A stretch of 52,228 nt of DNA, taken from the NCBI GenBank assembly GCA_049999805.1, contig JBNGIO010005921.1, forward strand, positions 62,001 to 114,228, in the 5' to 3' direction. The notes below the pieces were generated by a model that was given only the letters and a program-made list of their open reading frames with translations, did no database searches and was not told where the DNA came from. This document shows, one piece after another, positions 26,151 to 37,073 of the stretch. Each line of letters starts with the position of its first letter. The first letter of the stretch is position 1. The position numbers were made by a program, and so were the translations under genes. This DNA comes from Folioceros fuciformis. Lineage: Eukaryota.

Positions 26151-28335
26151 TTGTACATTCTCCCTGGACGTCGTAGGTCACGGGCATGAGCCTCCTGTAC
26201 CATGCATTTTCTAGTATGCAATAAACTGGACCACTCCTTGTGCAACATCTGGAAGAAGTCAATGGTGTGCATGATGTACACCCACAGGGCCCGGAGCAAG
26301 CAGCGTGATGAGGCTACCACAAGACATGGCGTGTGTGACATGACTCAAAGCATGGCCATCTGAAAGAGCACTCAAGCAATTCTGATATTGTTCGCTCCCT
26401 TCTGTGCTGTGTGCCCTTTTGCGCAGAAGGACACTGTGGTGCACCACCACTAAGGTCTTGGGATTTGGTGACGAGCAGATCTTGTGGTCCTGCACTGCTA
26501 CTGTGGTGAGACGGCGATTTTGTTTTCCGTCTTTTCCTCCCCCCGACCCCAGCCATACTGGGCCACCACAATGAGCAGGATCGGAATGTCATGTCATCTG
26601 ATATCCAAGGCGCGAGGTAATGAGCCGACCCCTTTCTGATGATTGCCCAAACCAAAATGCAGCTCGCAAAGCATATGGTCCACAGTGGCGAGTGTACTTG
26701 CAGAGCTGATGACAAGGATTCGAAAGGCAAGCAAGACAAAAGGAGGCTGGTGACGTTATTTTGATAAGATAAGCAGCTGTAGCAACCCAGCAGTCCAAAA
26801 GAGCGGCAGCAGAGCAAGGTGGGTTGGACTTGTCTTGGGCGGTCCCACTGGCCCTGCAGCATGTGGACGCAGGAGGTGCAGGACGCCGGGTCGGGAACTG
26901 CTGGGGCAGGCAAAATGAGGCTCTGGCGGAGAAGATGCAGAGCAGAGGAGAGGAGCGGGGACTGCGGTGGCTGGTGCAGGTACAGGTGCACAGGTGGAGG
27001 GCCCCATGACCATGGGGGTCCATGCCTCATGGGAGGACCATGGGAAGAGACGTGGGTCCATGACTGCGGCTATATGTGAGGCTGAGCGGATATGGTGGGC
27101 GATTCGCGATATTTGCCAAATGGCATCGCCACCTCTCGTGTCTTCTCTTCCCAACAGAGCTTGCCGCAGTAGCAGCTTGGGGAATCTGCATTCGCTGGAC
27201 TGTTGTGCAGTCATGCCGCTCCGTTCGTCGAGGTCACGTTGCTCTGATCAGCAGTCTTCCGAGAGGCAGCTCATCCGAGGCTCGGAGAGAGACACGGGCT
27301 CTTCCCCAAGAGGGCGGCAACTGGCAAGGCTCCGCGCCTGGCTGTGGTGGGCAAGTGTCTCGTATAGTTGCGACTGCAACCCGGCAAGTGGCAAGAGCCA
27401 CTCGATCACCGACAGTGAACAATCGCAATGGCAATCGCTGCTTCTCACATCAGGTTCGTCCCCCTTCACTCATCTCCTCTTTTTAAATTCATACTTGGTA
27501 TCCTGCAGCATTCCAACTTTTCGAGCCGTGTCACTCCTTTCTTCCTTCCTTCCTTCCTTCCTTCCTTCCTCGCCACTTGCCAAGACACGATACCCAACAC
27601 CCACCCCCCCTATGATCCTCCATCCCCACAGTTCACTTTGCCGGACTGTTGCAATCTGCTATCCTCGGTATTGTAATCCAATCCCAAGTGGTTCCACCAC
27701 CAACTCTCGCATACATATCCTAGCAGCCCAAGTCACACGCCACCTTCACCTCCGTGAGGGCCACGGCCCACATTGTGTTACATACTAGGTACTCTTCCCA
27801 TGAGCCTTAGTAGCCATTTTCCCCGTCTTTCTCAGCGTAGCACGTTGCAGCCGTACCAGTACTACCCTTGCCTGCTTGTCCTCCTACATGCCAACTGTAT
27901 GCCTGGGTGTCGAGTCTCGCTCGACCTTTCCGCCCAAGAAAAGGGTTTCAAAGGGGTGTCAAGCGAACACTTGCATAAAGGAGAATCTCCCAGAAGAGCG
28001 GCAGACCACCAGCCCCATATCTGTGCTACGCAAGCCCACTCCCATACAGTCTGATACATAGTAACAACCATAGAGTACACCCACTCATCTCGCCATCAAG
28101 GAAGCCATCCTGATCCAGTGATCCCCTCACTTAGCCCAGCCTCGCCTCCCACATCCCGCACATGCCACAACATATGCTCATGTATGCAAAGGGCAGGGTG
28201 CAGGTGTCCGTGTCAGGCAGCAGGCTCCTGCTGCTGCAGGGAGTGAGTATATAATGCATCAGGGTAGGTTGATTATTGCGTACGGTGCCTCTTGGCTTCT
28301 TCTCCGCTTTCCTTCTCTTCTCCTTTCCCTCTCTT

Positions 28336-28362
28336 CTCGTCTCGTCTCGTCTCGTCTCGTCT
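28336..28362. repeat. (CTCGT)n pentanucleotide microsatellite
   Basis: ctcgtctcgtctcgtctcgtctcgtct. Confidence 0.9.
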
Positions 28363-29229
28363 CTTCTCCTGTAGCCCTGGAAGGAAGCGCGGTGCGAGCA
28401 CCTGCAGTCTCCAGTACAGCAGTCAGCCGTGACAACTGAACCCACCCCTTCATTTCGCACTCGATCCAGTCATAAATTCCATCCCTGGGCAGCTTGGACC
28501 AGAAGTTGAACCTGTGGTTCTTTATTCCCCCGTCTTTATCCCTCGTCGCTGGACTCACTCTCGACTAGTTGCTGTGCAGATCCTTTTATATTTCTCCTAT
28601 TACAACAGTGTACGAATTAAAGTAATAATTCCGGCGGGCCGCACCCTTGCCCACCTCCATCCACACAGCCATAGGTTCGCATGATGTATGGCGATACACA
28701 CATGCGTCCTTCACTCACAAGCCTGCCAAACAGAGCCTCAGCCTGGCCTACAGGTAGCAATCATGCAGTCACAGGCGGGCCGGGGTCAAGGCCATCAGAA
28801 GGGCAGCAGGTCACCCGTCAGGAGAGGACAGGCAGGGCATTGCAGGGGAGAGCCAGGGCCAGGACAGAGCCAGGGCCAGAGCCAGAGCCCAGAGGCAGGG
28901 CAGCCAGAGGCAGGGCGGCCAGGGGAGGTCGATTGTCATTGTCCCCATGCGTGGGTTGTTATTCCTGTCCTTGATCCGCAAACGAAATCATTGACTAACA
29001 TGGGACAACGGGACGGAAAGCCGGAACCCGGGCCAGTTCCGGCTGTCGTCCCCGTTACCGTTGCGCCGACGGGCAGAGGCCGTGAGCCCGTCCGCGCGTC
29101 CGGGCGTCCGGCTCCGGCTGCAGGGCCCGGCGCAATGATAAGCAGCCCACATGCCCGTAGAGTCATCACTGCACTCAGCTGCGCTGGGCTGTGTTTTAAC
29201 TACTTGCCCGGTTAGGTATTCAATTCCAA

Positions 29230-29262
29230 CCAGAGCCAGATCCAGAGCCAGAGCCAGAGCCA

Positions 29263-29310
<48 letters not shown>
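29230..29310. repeat. (CCAGAG)n/(CCCGAG)n hexanucleotide microsatellite
   Basis: Directly visible; yields the RARARA/GSGSGS ORFs. Confidence 0.9.
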
Positions 29311-30345
29311 ACCCCCGTCGGTTTGACCCCAGCCGCCTCTCTCCCTTTTATCNNNNNNNNNNNNNNNNNNNNNNNNNNNNNNNNNNNNNNNNNNNNNNNN
29401 NNNNNNNNNNNNNNNNNNNNNNNNNNNNNNNNNNNNNNNNNNNNNNNNNNNNAGTGGCGCCGCCTGGGATCTCGCATAAGCAGAACATGATCTCCAACAA
29501 CTCCCAGTTAACGCCAGCACAAAGAAAGTGAAAGAGGAAGGGAAAGCCTTCTTCCGGCCGCATCCTTGTCGATCACGCTTTGTAGTCGACACACCCTTTA
29601 CAACACAGCCCCCAGGCGCGAGCATTGCTCATGTGCCCCCCAGTCTATGTTTGGCCGCCAGGAGGGCCGAGGAGATGACTGTTGACTGTTCCCCGATGAA
29701 AATGGTGTGCTGCCGCGGGGAATCGGCGTCGTTGTCCATTTCCCAGTGTCAGAAATTGAAGGGAACATGAATAGACTGGGGGGCTGAACTCTGGGCTGGA
29801 CTTTGGACTGGACTGGACTGGTGAACAAAACTGGGTTTATGTTGGGGGAGCGTCTACACCTGGTGGTTTAGCAGAATGAGGTGTCGGGGGGAGTTAGAAA
29901 ATGATTTTTATTTGACGGTGGAAAGGGGGATGAATGATTCATGGGATTGAAGGAGGTGGTGTGGTGATGTCGGCATGTGTACGATCCTGGTGGGATGGAG
30001 GATGGGATGGGATGGGAGGCGATGTGGTGTGGTGCAGTGCGGCTAGGGCTGTGCTGGGTTGGGCGCTTTTGCTACAGTGGGGCGGATAGACAAATGGTAC
30101 ATGTTGGAAGGAATGGGATAAAATCTGAGCACCACGAGTCCAGCGGTACGTGCAGTACAGAGGTGGAGGAAGGGAGTTACCGGGAAAGTTTTTGGAGTTG
30201 GAAGGAAAGAAAGGAAGGGAAGAGACGGGAAAGCAAGGCAAGGGAAAGGAGAAAGGAGAACGGAGAAGTGATGGTGTAACTGGTGTAAATGCTTGGATGC
30301 TGCCCCCCCTGCACCCCCCGGGTGTCTGCTGCTCCCGCATCTTGT

Positions 30346-30405
30346 GCTGCTGCTGCTGCTGCTTCTGCTTCTGCTGCGCGCTGCTGCTGCTGCTGCTGCT
30401 GCTGC
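30346..30405. repeat. (CTG)n trinucleotide microsatellite
   Basis: Directly visible CTG/CTT run. Confidence 0.85.
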
Positions 30406-31112
30406 AGCTCTTCTCGCTCTCGCGTGCCTTGGTCTGTTGTGCGCGTGCTTGCGCGTTGGGCCGTTTGTTCTGCTCTCGGAGCGGCAGCGGCGACGCAATC
30501 CTAGAGGCCNNNNNNNNNNNNNNNNNNNNNNNNNNNNNNNNNNNNNNNNNNNNNNNNNNNNNNNNNNNNNNNNNNNNNNNNNNNNNNNNNNNNNNNNNNN
30601 NNNNNNNNNCGCGCGCGCGGCGGCATCCTTGTCAGGGGCCGGGGGTGAGCGATTCCGGGCCCGTCGGGCTGTCAGTCAGGCGCGCACTCGACCCGTGTGA
30701 GTGCAGAGCATGCGCGGGGACGGGGAAGGATCGGACGCTGCACGGGCTGGAGGCATCGAGTGGAATCGGATTGTGGAGTGTGGAGTGGCAGCAGCCGGAG
30801 CTGTAGCCTGGCGGTGAGCGCGACAGGAAACGGAGGAGGAAGTGGAGCAGGAGGAGGTGGGAGAGGAGGAGGAGGTGGTGGGAAAGGAGGAAGAGGAGGA
30901 GGACGACGAGGACTGTGATGGTGTGGTGTCTCATGTCCATGGCCCGGGCTGGCACCGACCAGGACCACTCCTTGTCGCGCGTGGTGCACTTGAAGGTCGG
31001 CAGGCGCTGGTTCACTATCATGGCCTGGCTCATTTCATGATACGCTCTCATACCGACCTCGGCCGTGAGTGGGACTCTGAGGAGGAAGGAGAGTGGAGGA
31101 GTGAGTTGAGTG

Positions 31113-31266
31113 AAGGAGGGAGGGAAGGAAGGAAGGAAGGAAGGAAGGAAGGAAGGAAGGAAGGAAGGANNNNNNNNNNGGAAGGAAGGAAGGAAGGAAG
31201 GAAGGAAGGAAGGAAGGAAGGAAGGAAGGAAGGAAGGAAGAAAGGAAGAAAGGAAGAAAGGAAGGA
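31113..31266. repeat. (GGAA)n purine microsatellite with a 10-N gap
   Basis: Directly visible. Confidence 0.95.
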
Positions 31267-31684
31267 GGGAGTGGTAGGGAGTGAGTTTGCGTGTGTTTGT
31301 GTTTGCTTGTGTGCATGGATGTGCGTCTGAGGCCCGGGGGGAGTGGGTGAGCGGGGGTCGGGAATTCGCGCACTGCTGAATATGCTGGATCCCGGAGACC
31401 AGCGGAGGCCTGGGAGGTTTGCCGTGCGCGTGCCGCGCCTTGAGGCTTACGGGAGGAGGAGGTGTGGCTTCTTGAGCTCGCGTGGTGCTGGAATGGGAGC
31501 GGACGGGTGGGGGCTCGTCCGGGGAGCGTGAGGGATGCAGCGCTGGTGGTGGCGTGGTTGACGGTGAGGTCAGAAGGGAAGGATTGCTAGGGAGGCATTG
31601 CCGGGGGAGAGACGAGACAAGACAAGACAAGACGAGACGAGACGAGACGAGACGAAGGTGGCGTGTGTCGTGTTACAGTAGAGC

Positions 31685-33797
31685 ATGGGCAGAGGGAGTG
31701 TCGTGGAAGTGCATTGGCCTAATCTTATCGACTCTAATCTGTGTGCGATCAGCGGCGGCTATGGCAGCTTTCCGCAAATGCACATGGGAGGGAGCTTTGT
31801 AGACGATTATTCGCTGGCGATGGCGGCACCCGCGGCCTTGTGGTCCGGGGGTGTGGCGCCCTCTGCTGCGTCGGCTTCTGCTGCTGGTGCCGGTGCTGTT
31901 CCCCCTGCTGCTGTGCAGGGGATGGGGATGAGTGCCGGTCTTGCCAACTTCTCGTCCTCGCAGCTTCTCTTTGGTCCTGGATTTGGTTTCGGGTCGGGAG
32001 TGAGCTTGCCGGGGATGAGTATGAGCATGAGCATGGCGCAGTCGGGGACTCTGGGATTAGCGTCGCCGGAGCCGACTTTGTTCGACATGGTCAATGCAGT
32101 GCCGCGGAGCTTGCGCGCGCTAGGGCCGGGCTTTGGGGGCGGGGGCATGCTGGACATGGCGGGAGCGATGCACCATCCTCTTGCGTCTTCGGGATTAGGA
32201 TTAGGGAGCGCCTGCGGTGCGGCCGCTGGCGCCTTTGCGCTGCAACAGGAATTGGAAGCTGCAGAATTGGTACCAGTTTCGGATAACGGAGATCTGCAGC
32301 ATCTGCCGCCGATGCCTCCCGTTCTTGGAGGAGGATTGGGGGACGACGCAGCGGCCTCGCTGCTCAACATGCACGCCAACGTTCCCCAGCCTCTGCCGAT
32401 GCCTCTGCAGCAGGTGTCCGGGCTCGGGGAGGGGAGTAATGACGACCTTTTCGCCTTACCTCTGCCCGCAGGAATGTCCGTGCCCATGGACGCAGGCGTG
32501 TCAGGTTCAGGTGTGGGAGGTAGCTTCATGGAAATGGCCGGCCGCCAGTTTCAGCTCGACTCCTTCTCCGACCTCGCAGATTTGTCTGCCATCACCACCA
32601 GCCAGCCTTTAAATTATACTCTGCAGCAGGATCCGGGTGCAGGAATGCAGTCGATACTTCCTGCTGTCGGACCCAGGATCGGAGGTGTGCCGGATAACAT
32701 GCCGGCGGCTGGACCTCCGCCTCCGCCTCCTCCCCTCCGGTTTGCGGATCTTAATGTCACTTCCATTCCTTACGACAGCCGGTACCGCCAGCCGTATGGA
32801 TCTTCTGTCCCTCCTGGTCTGCTCTTCCTTAAGGCGGACTCCAAGGCAGACCATGGCTTTCCGGGATCTTCTCTTCATACCGGAGGAGGTGGAGGAGGAG
32901 GAGTCGGGCGAGGAGGAGCAGGAGGAGGTCTCGGTTTGGGTGGTGGTCTGGGAGGAGCAGGAGTGCTCCCAGGTGGTGCATTGGTGCTGGATGGAGCACG
33001 CAGCGAGCTCATTAACATCTCCAAAATGACACCTCAGGAGATTTTGGATGCCAAAAATCTTGTCGCGTCCAAAAACCACAGCGAGGCTGAGAGACGGCGT
33101 CGAGAGAGGATCAACACGCATCTCGCCACTCTGCGCACCATACTTCCCAGTTCCACCAAGGTGCGACTAGTATGTTGTGTCCTCCCATCTGTCTGTCATG
33201 TCGGTTCTTGATTCGTCTCCATGGGTCTCGAGACGTGCAAAGCTCCAAGGATCTGCTTTGTCCAGGCGGGCCCTCACAAACCGTCAATTCCTTGTCCTGT
33301 GCATGCTGCAGACCGACAAGGCTTCCTTGCTGGGAGAGGTGATCGAGCATGTCAAGGAGCTGAAGCGGCAGGCAGCCGACATCGACGGCCCTGTGCCAAC
33401 CGAGGTGGACGAGCTCGGAGTCGAGATGAGCCAGGCCAGCGAGAAACATCCAGGCAAGGTCGTCATCAAGCTCACCGTGTGCTGCGACGACAGACCTGGC
33501 CTCCTCACAGATATCGGCGGAGCAGTGGAAGCGTGCAAGCTGGACAACTTCAGCGTGGAGCTCTCCACCTTGGCCGGCAGGCTGAAGGTGATCATGCTGG
33601 CTGCCTGCACCGAATCCGTGCAAGAAGCCAAACAGGATGCTGTCATGAACAGCCTGCAGGAGGCAGTGCGCGCAGCCCTGGACAAGGTCGGGCCTGCCAC
33701 AATTGCTGCCACTTCCACGCGGACCAACTCCTCGGGCAGCTCAGGAGGCCTGAAGCGGCAGAGAGTTGGTATGGAAACTTCCAGCCCCTCGTGTTGA
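31685..33797 (+). CDS. bHLH transcription factor, subfamily Vb (TMO5/bHLH32-bHLH30-like) with ACT-like C-terminus; exons 31685-33160 and 33312-33797
   Basis: KMTPQEILDAKNLVASKNHSEAERRRRERINTHLATLRTILPSSTK|TDKASLLGEVIEHVKELKRQ..VPTEVDEL..CCDDRPGLL. GT-AG intron 33161-33311 within the bHLH. Exact start ATG uncertain. Confidence 0.9.
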
Positions 33798-34669
33798 GAC
33801 TCTGTACAGCTCCACATTGGAACCCGAGGAAGAAGAGGGAGGAACCTCGCAACTTGGATGATGAAGAAGAAGTCCTCTTCTGGGATATAGTTTAGAGTCA
33901 TGAAGACGATTGATGGCTGTGTGGGAGGGAGCCTGGCTAGCAGACACTTCCCGAACATTCATCTTTGCATCTGTCATGCTTGTACTCCTACTTCACCAAC
34001 CTTATTTTACCCAAGCGGCGCTTCTTGAGCAGAGGCTGAAGCTGATCCGGAATACCGCCATGGCCACGAGACTCCAGCTTGAATCCAGGAGTGAGCTGTC
34101 CCTCGCGGCGACATGCAGCCCTCCAGATTTCTTCCCTGTGGCACATGCCGAATCCCGGCTCCGCTGCACGCGGAGCGTGGGATGCTCAAATCTCGGCCTC
34201 CCGAATTCCACTGTTTATGCGGACTCGCTCTTTCTTCCTCCACCAAATCACGTATCTGCGTTGTCACTAGTTTCGAATCCATTCCGCGGTACAGAGTGGC
34301 CCACGCGGTTCTGTCTCTTCTCGTTTCATCTCGTGGCTTCTCGTCTCGTCCAGTCTCGTTTCCTCTCGTCGCGTCGCGTCTCTTCTCGTCCTGTCTTGTC
34401 TCATCCCCGCCTGGACCGTTTTGCTTCCCACAGCGGCAAGCCGGATGCTCGATCCCGAGATACCGAAGGCCCATTCCCGGCATGACAATTGGCCATTTTC
34501 GACATGCCAGGTTTGGATAGACCCCGCCTAGAGAAATCACAGCAAAATCATCTTGGGTTATGAAGTCTCGTAACGCCTTTTGTCCATGTCTCCACATCAC
34601 ATCGACTCCACATGGGTAAAAGTACCGTACTTCCCAAGGCAAGCTTGGCCTTTAAAATAATCCATATGA

Positions 34670-35160
34670 AGTTGTGTTGCTGATGATGTGAAAAGGTTTG
34701 TGTTGCTGATGATGTGAAAAGGTTTGTGTTGCTGATGATGTGAAAAGGTTTGTGTTGCTGATGATGTGAAAAGCTTTGTGTTGCTGATGATGTGGTTGTT
34801 ACGGATGCCACTAGGATTCGATTTGTGAGCACGTCATCATCAACCCCTTGGTTGGGCTTCGATTTGTGAGCACGTTATCATCAACCCCTTGGTTGGGCGG
34901 TAGGGTTGTGGTAGAGGACGTCATCATCAACCCCTTGGTTGGGCTTCGATTTGTGAGCACGTTATCATCAACCCCTTGGTTGGGCGGTAGGGTTGTGGTA
35001 GAGGGTTGTGCAAGTGCCAAAGTCCAAAAGTATTCTCCCTTACAAGACGGGCATACTTTCATCCCTCTTGCTCTTGAGACTCATGGAGCTATGGGCAAGG
35101 ACTTTTCAAGGTTTATCAAAGGTTTATCAAGGAGTGCGCCAAGGTTTATCAAAGCAATAG
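34670..35160 (+). mobile_element. Degenerate 3' fragment of a non-LTR retrotransposon with restriction-like endonuclease (CRE/R2-type), with internal tandem repeats
   Basis: ADDVVVTDATR...AKVQKYSPLQDGHTFIPLALETHGAMGKDFSRFIKGL matches the D-V...K..KY...F.P.A.ET.G pattern of RLE domains. No RT domain is visible. Confidence 0.6.
34672..35003. repeat. 26-bp x5 array plus nested ~42-bp and ~87-bp duplications
   Basis: TGATGATGTG at 34681, 34707, 34733, 34759, 34785. CATCAACCCCTTGGTTGGGC occurs four times in 34830-34990. Confidence 0.92.
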
Positions 35161-36184
35161 GAATAATGTTCTCCCTCTTTTATCTGTGGACAATTTTTAG
35201 AACAGCTACAAGCGCAGGTCAAACAGCTTCTTCGGCACCAATGGTAGGTAGGCTTTTTGTTATTCCACATCATGACATTTTGGGAGCAGTAGGTAGTTTT
35301 TGAAAATGATATTCGCAGGGCGAGTACCTCTTTTTACCTCTAGCTCTAATGGGGTTGTTCCTCCAATCTTTGGAGTAAATGGGACTTTCCATCTCTTTTT
35401 CAATCATAGAAAATACTATTTGTTAAATAATATTGGAACCTAAACATACATAGGATTTTGCTCTAAAATAAAATATAAGACAAAGAACTAGAAAGGATAG
35501 ACTAACTAGAGGATAGCCTTGACTGGACTATCAAGAACAACAAAGATTGTAAAGAAAAAAGGTCTTTCGGATTTTCTAATTGAAGGGATAAGTCAAGTTT
35601 GAGATTCACAAAAAAGGGAACAAACATGCGTTTTACAACTTTTGTATGTCTTGATTGTTTTAGCAACATTGATTGAAGAACGAATGTATGTTTCAACTTT
35701 TAGGGCAAAAGTGTGGTGTAATGCATATATTGTAGAGTTATGTGTGGCTTCTGTGAGTAGGGGAAGCAAGCATTGTGATAGATTGCGAAGTAGATTGAAT
35801 GACAACCTTGACAACATTGACACCAAAAGAAAGAAGGTTTGATGGAACAACGAGGGAAGGAGAAACGTGATGTGGTTGTTAGTATCATCAACTTGGTTAT
35901 TGCGGTTGTAAGCAATGCCAAAAAATGCCTTTTGTTGATTGGAGGAAGCAATTTTTCTAGGTTAAAATGTTCAAGGGTAGGTCCAAGAGTTCCTTCTTTA
36001 GGCGATGCATGTGAGCTATCTGTCAATTGTAGTAGAAAGAGCTGAGCATTTGTGTAGTACTTTGTTTTGGACCAAGTTCATCACTTGCGGCGAAACAGGC
36101 TCGACGTTTGCGGATTATTTTGTTCTAGACCATTCATGAGTTTGGACATCAAAATTCTGAGTTCATATGAGGAGAAAGCAAGGC

Positions 36185-36510
36185 GCATGGACTCTACTTA
36201 GTAGAAGAAGGATGAGACAAGAAGAAAGGTGCATGGATTCTACCTAGTAGAAGGATCAGATGAGAAATTGTCAAATTCAAAGCATGACAAACATTGTTTG
36301 TGTCTTAATAGATAACTTTGAAAGAAAGCTGCATTGACTCTACCTGGTAGAGGAAGAAGGAAGAGAGGAAAAAGTGTTAAATTCAAAGCCAAAGCATGAC
36401 AGCACACTGTCTGTGTTTGAGAAACAACTTTGAAAGACTCCACCTAGTAGAAGAAGAAGGATGATAGGAGAAATTCAAAGCACTACAAGTGTATGAGAAA
36501 CAACTTTGAA
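36185..36510. repeat. Degenerate ~100-bp tandem repeat in an AT-rich intergenic region
   Basis: Recurrent ACCTAGTAGAAG..AAATTCAAAGC..AACTTTGAAAG blocks at ~36240, 36340, 36440. Confidence 0.6.
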
Positions 36511-37073
36511 GCCATCCTCTTTTGTGTTGCCATCGGGACTAAAAGGAGAAGAGGTACTAAGTACTTCCAAACAATCCTTTAGCTGCTCATGTCACCAGCT
36601 TCTAATCCATCCGCGATTGCTTTGCCTCCTGCATTAGAAGGACCTGAGGTACACAATACTTCTAAGCAATCCTTTACCTACTTAATTTGATGAATGCATC
36701 GCTTTCGTTTCATGCTATAGTAATTTTCAGATTATTTATCATCTGTATTATAACATAAACTCCGTTTACACCGGGGAATGCTGGACTCGTGCAGATGGTC
36801 CGTGAGGGACGGCCGACCAGTTACATACAGTATTTGGGTACAGGGCGTTAGACAGCTTCAAACTTGACCACGCAGGTTAGGTGCGGTTCGTGTGGGGTGG
36901 CTTAATTTATCGAGTAATGTTGTAGGGCCTGACTGACTCCGGTAGAGTAGGTCTCTGATGACTCACTGCGCGCTGGAAGCAAGCAGGTAGCTGTCCGCCA
37001 GCTGAGTCTGGATGCGAGCGGGAGCAAGGCATCCTCGTGCTTGGCCTCGGCCGGGGTTTATGCACTTTACAAC

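Noticed and set aside
26314..31630. Many 150-330 aa ORFs in the intergenic tract
   Set aside because: They are driven by microsatellites and high GC, and show no domain, CLE/RTFL/EPFL motif or consistent splice structure that I could recognise.
31807..33958. Antisense ORFs over the bHLH gene
   Set aside because: Shadow frames of a GC-rich coding sequence.
35300..36180. Possible further TE coding remnant in AT-rich DNA
   Set aside because: No motif could be recognised in the short ORFs; a database search would be needed.
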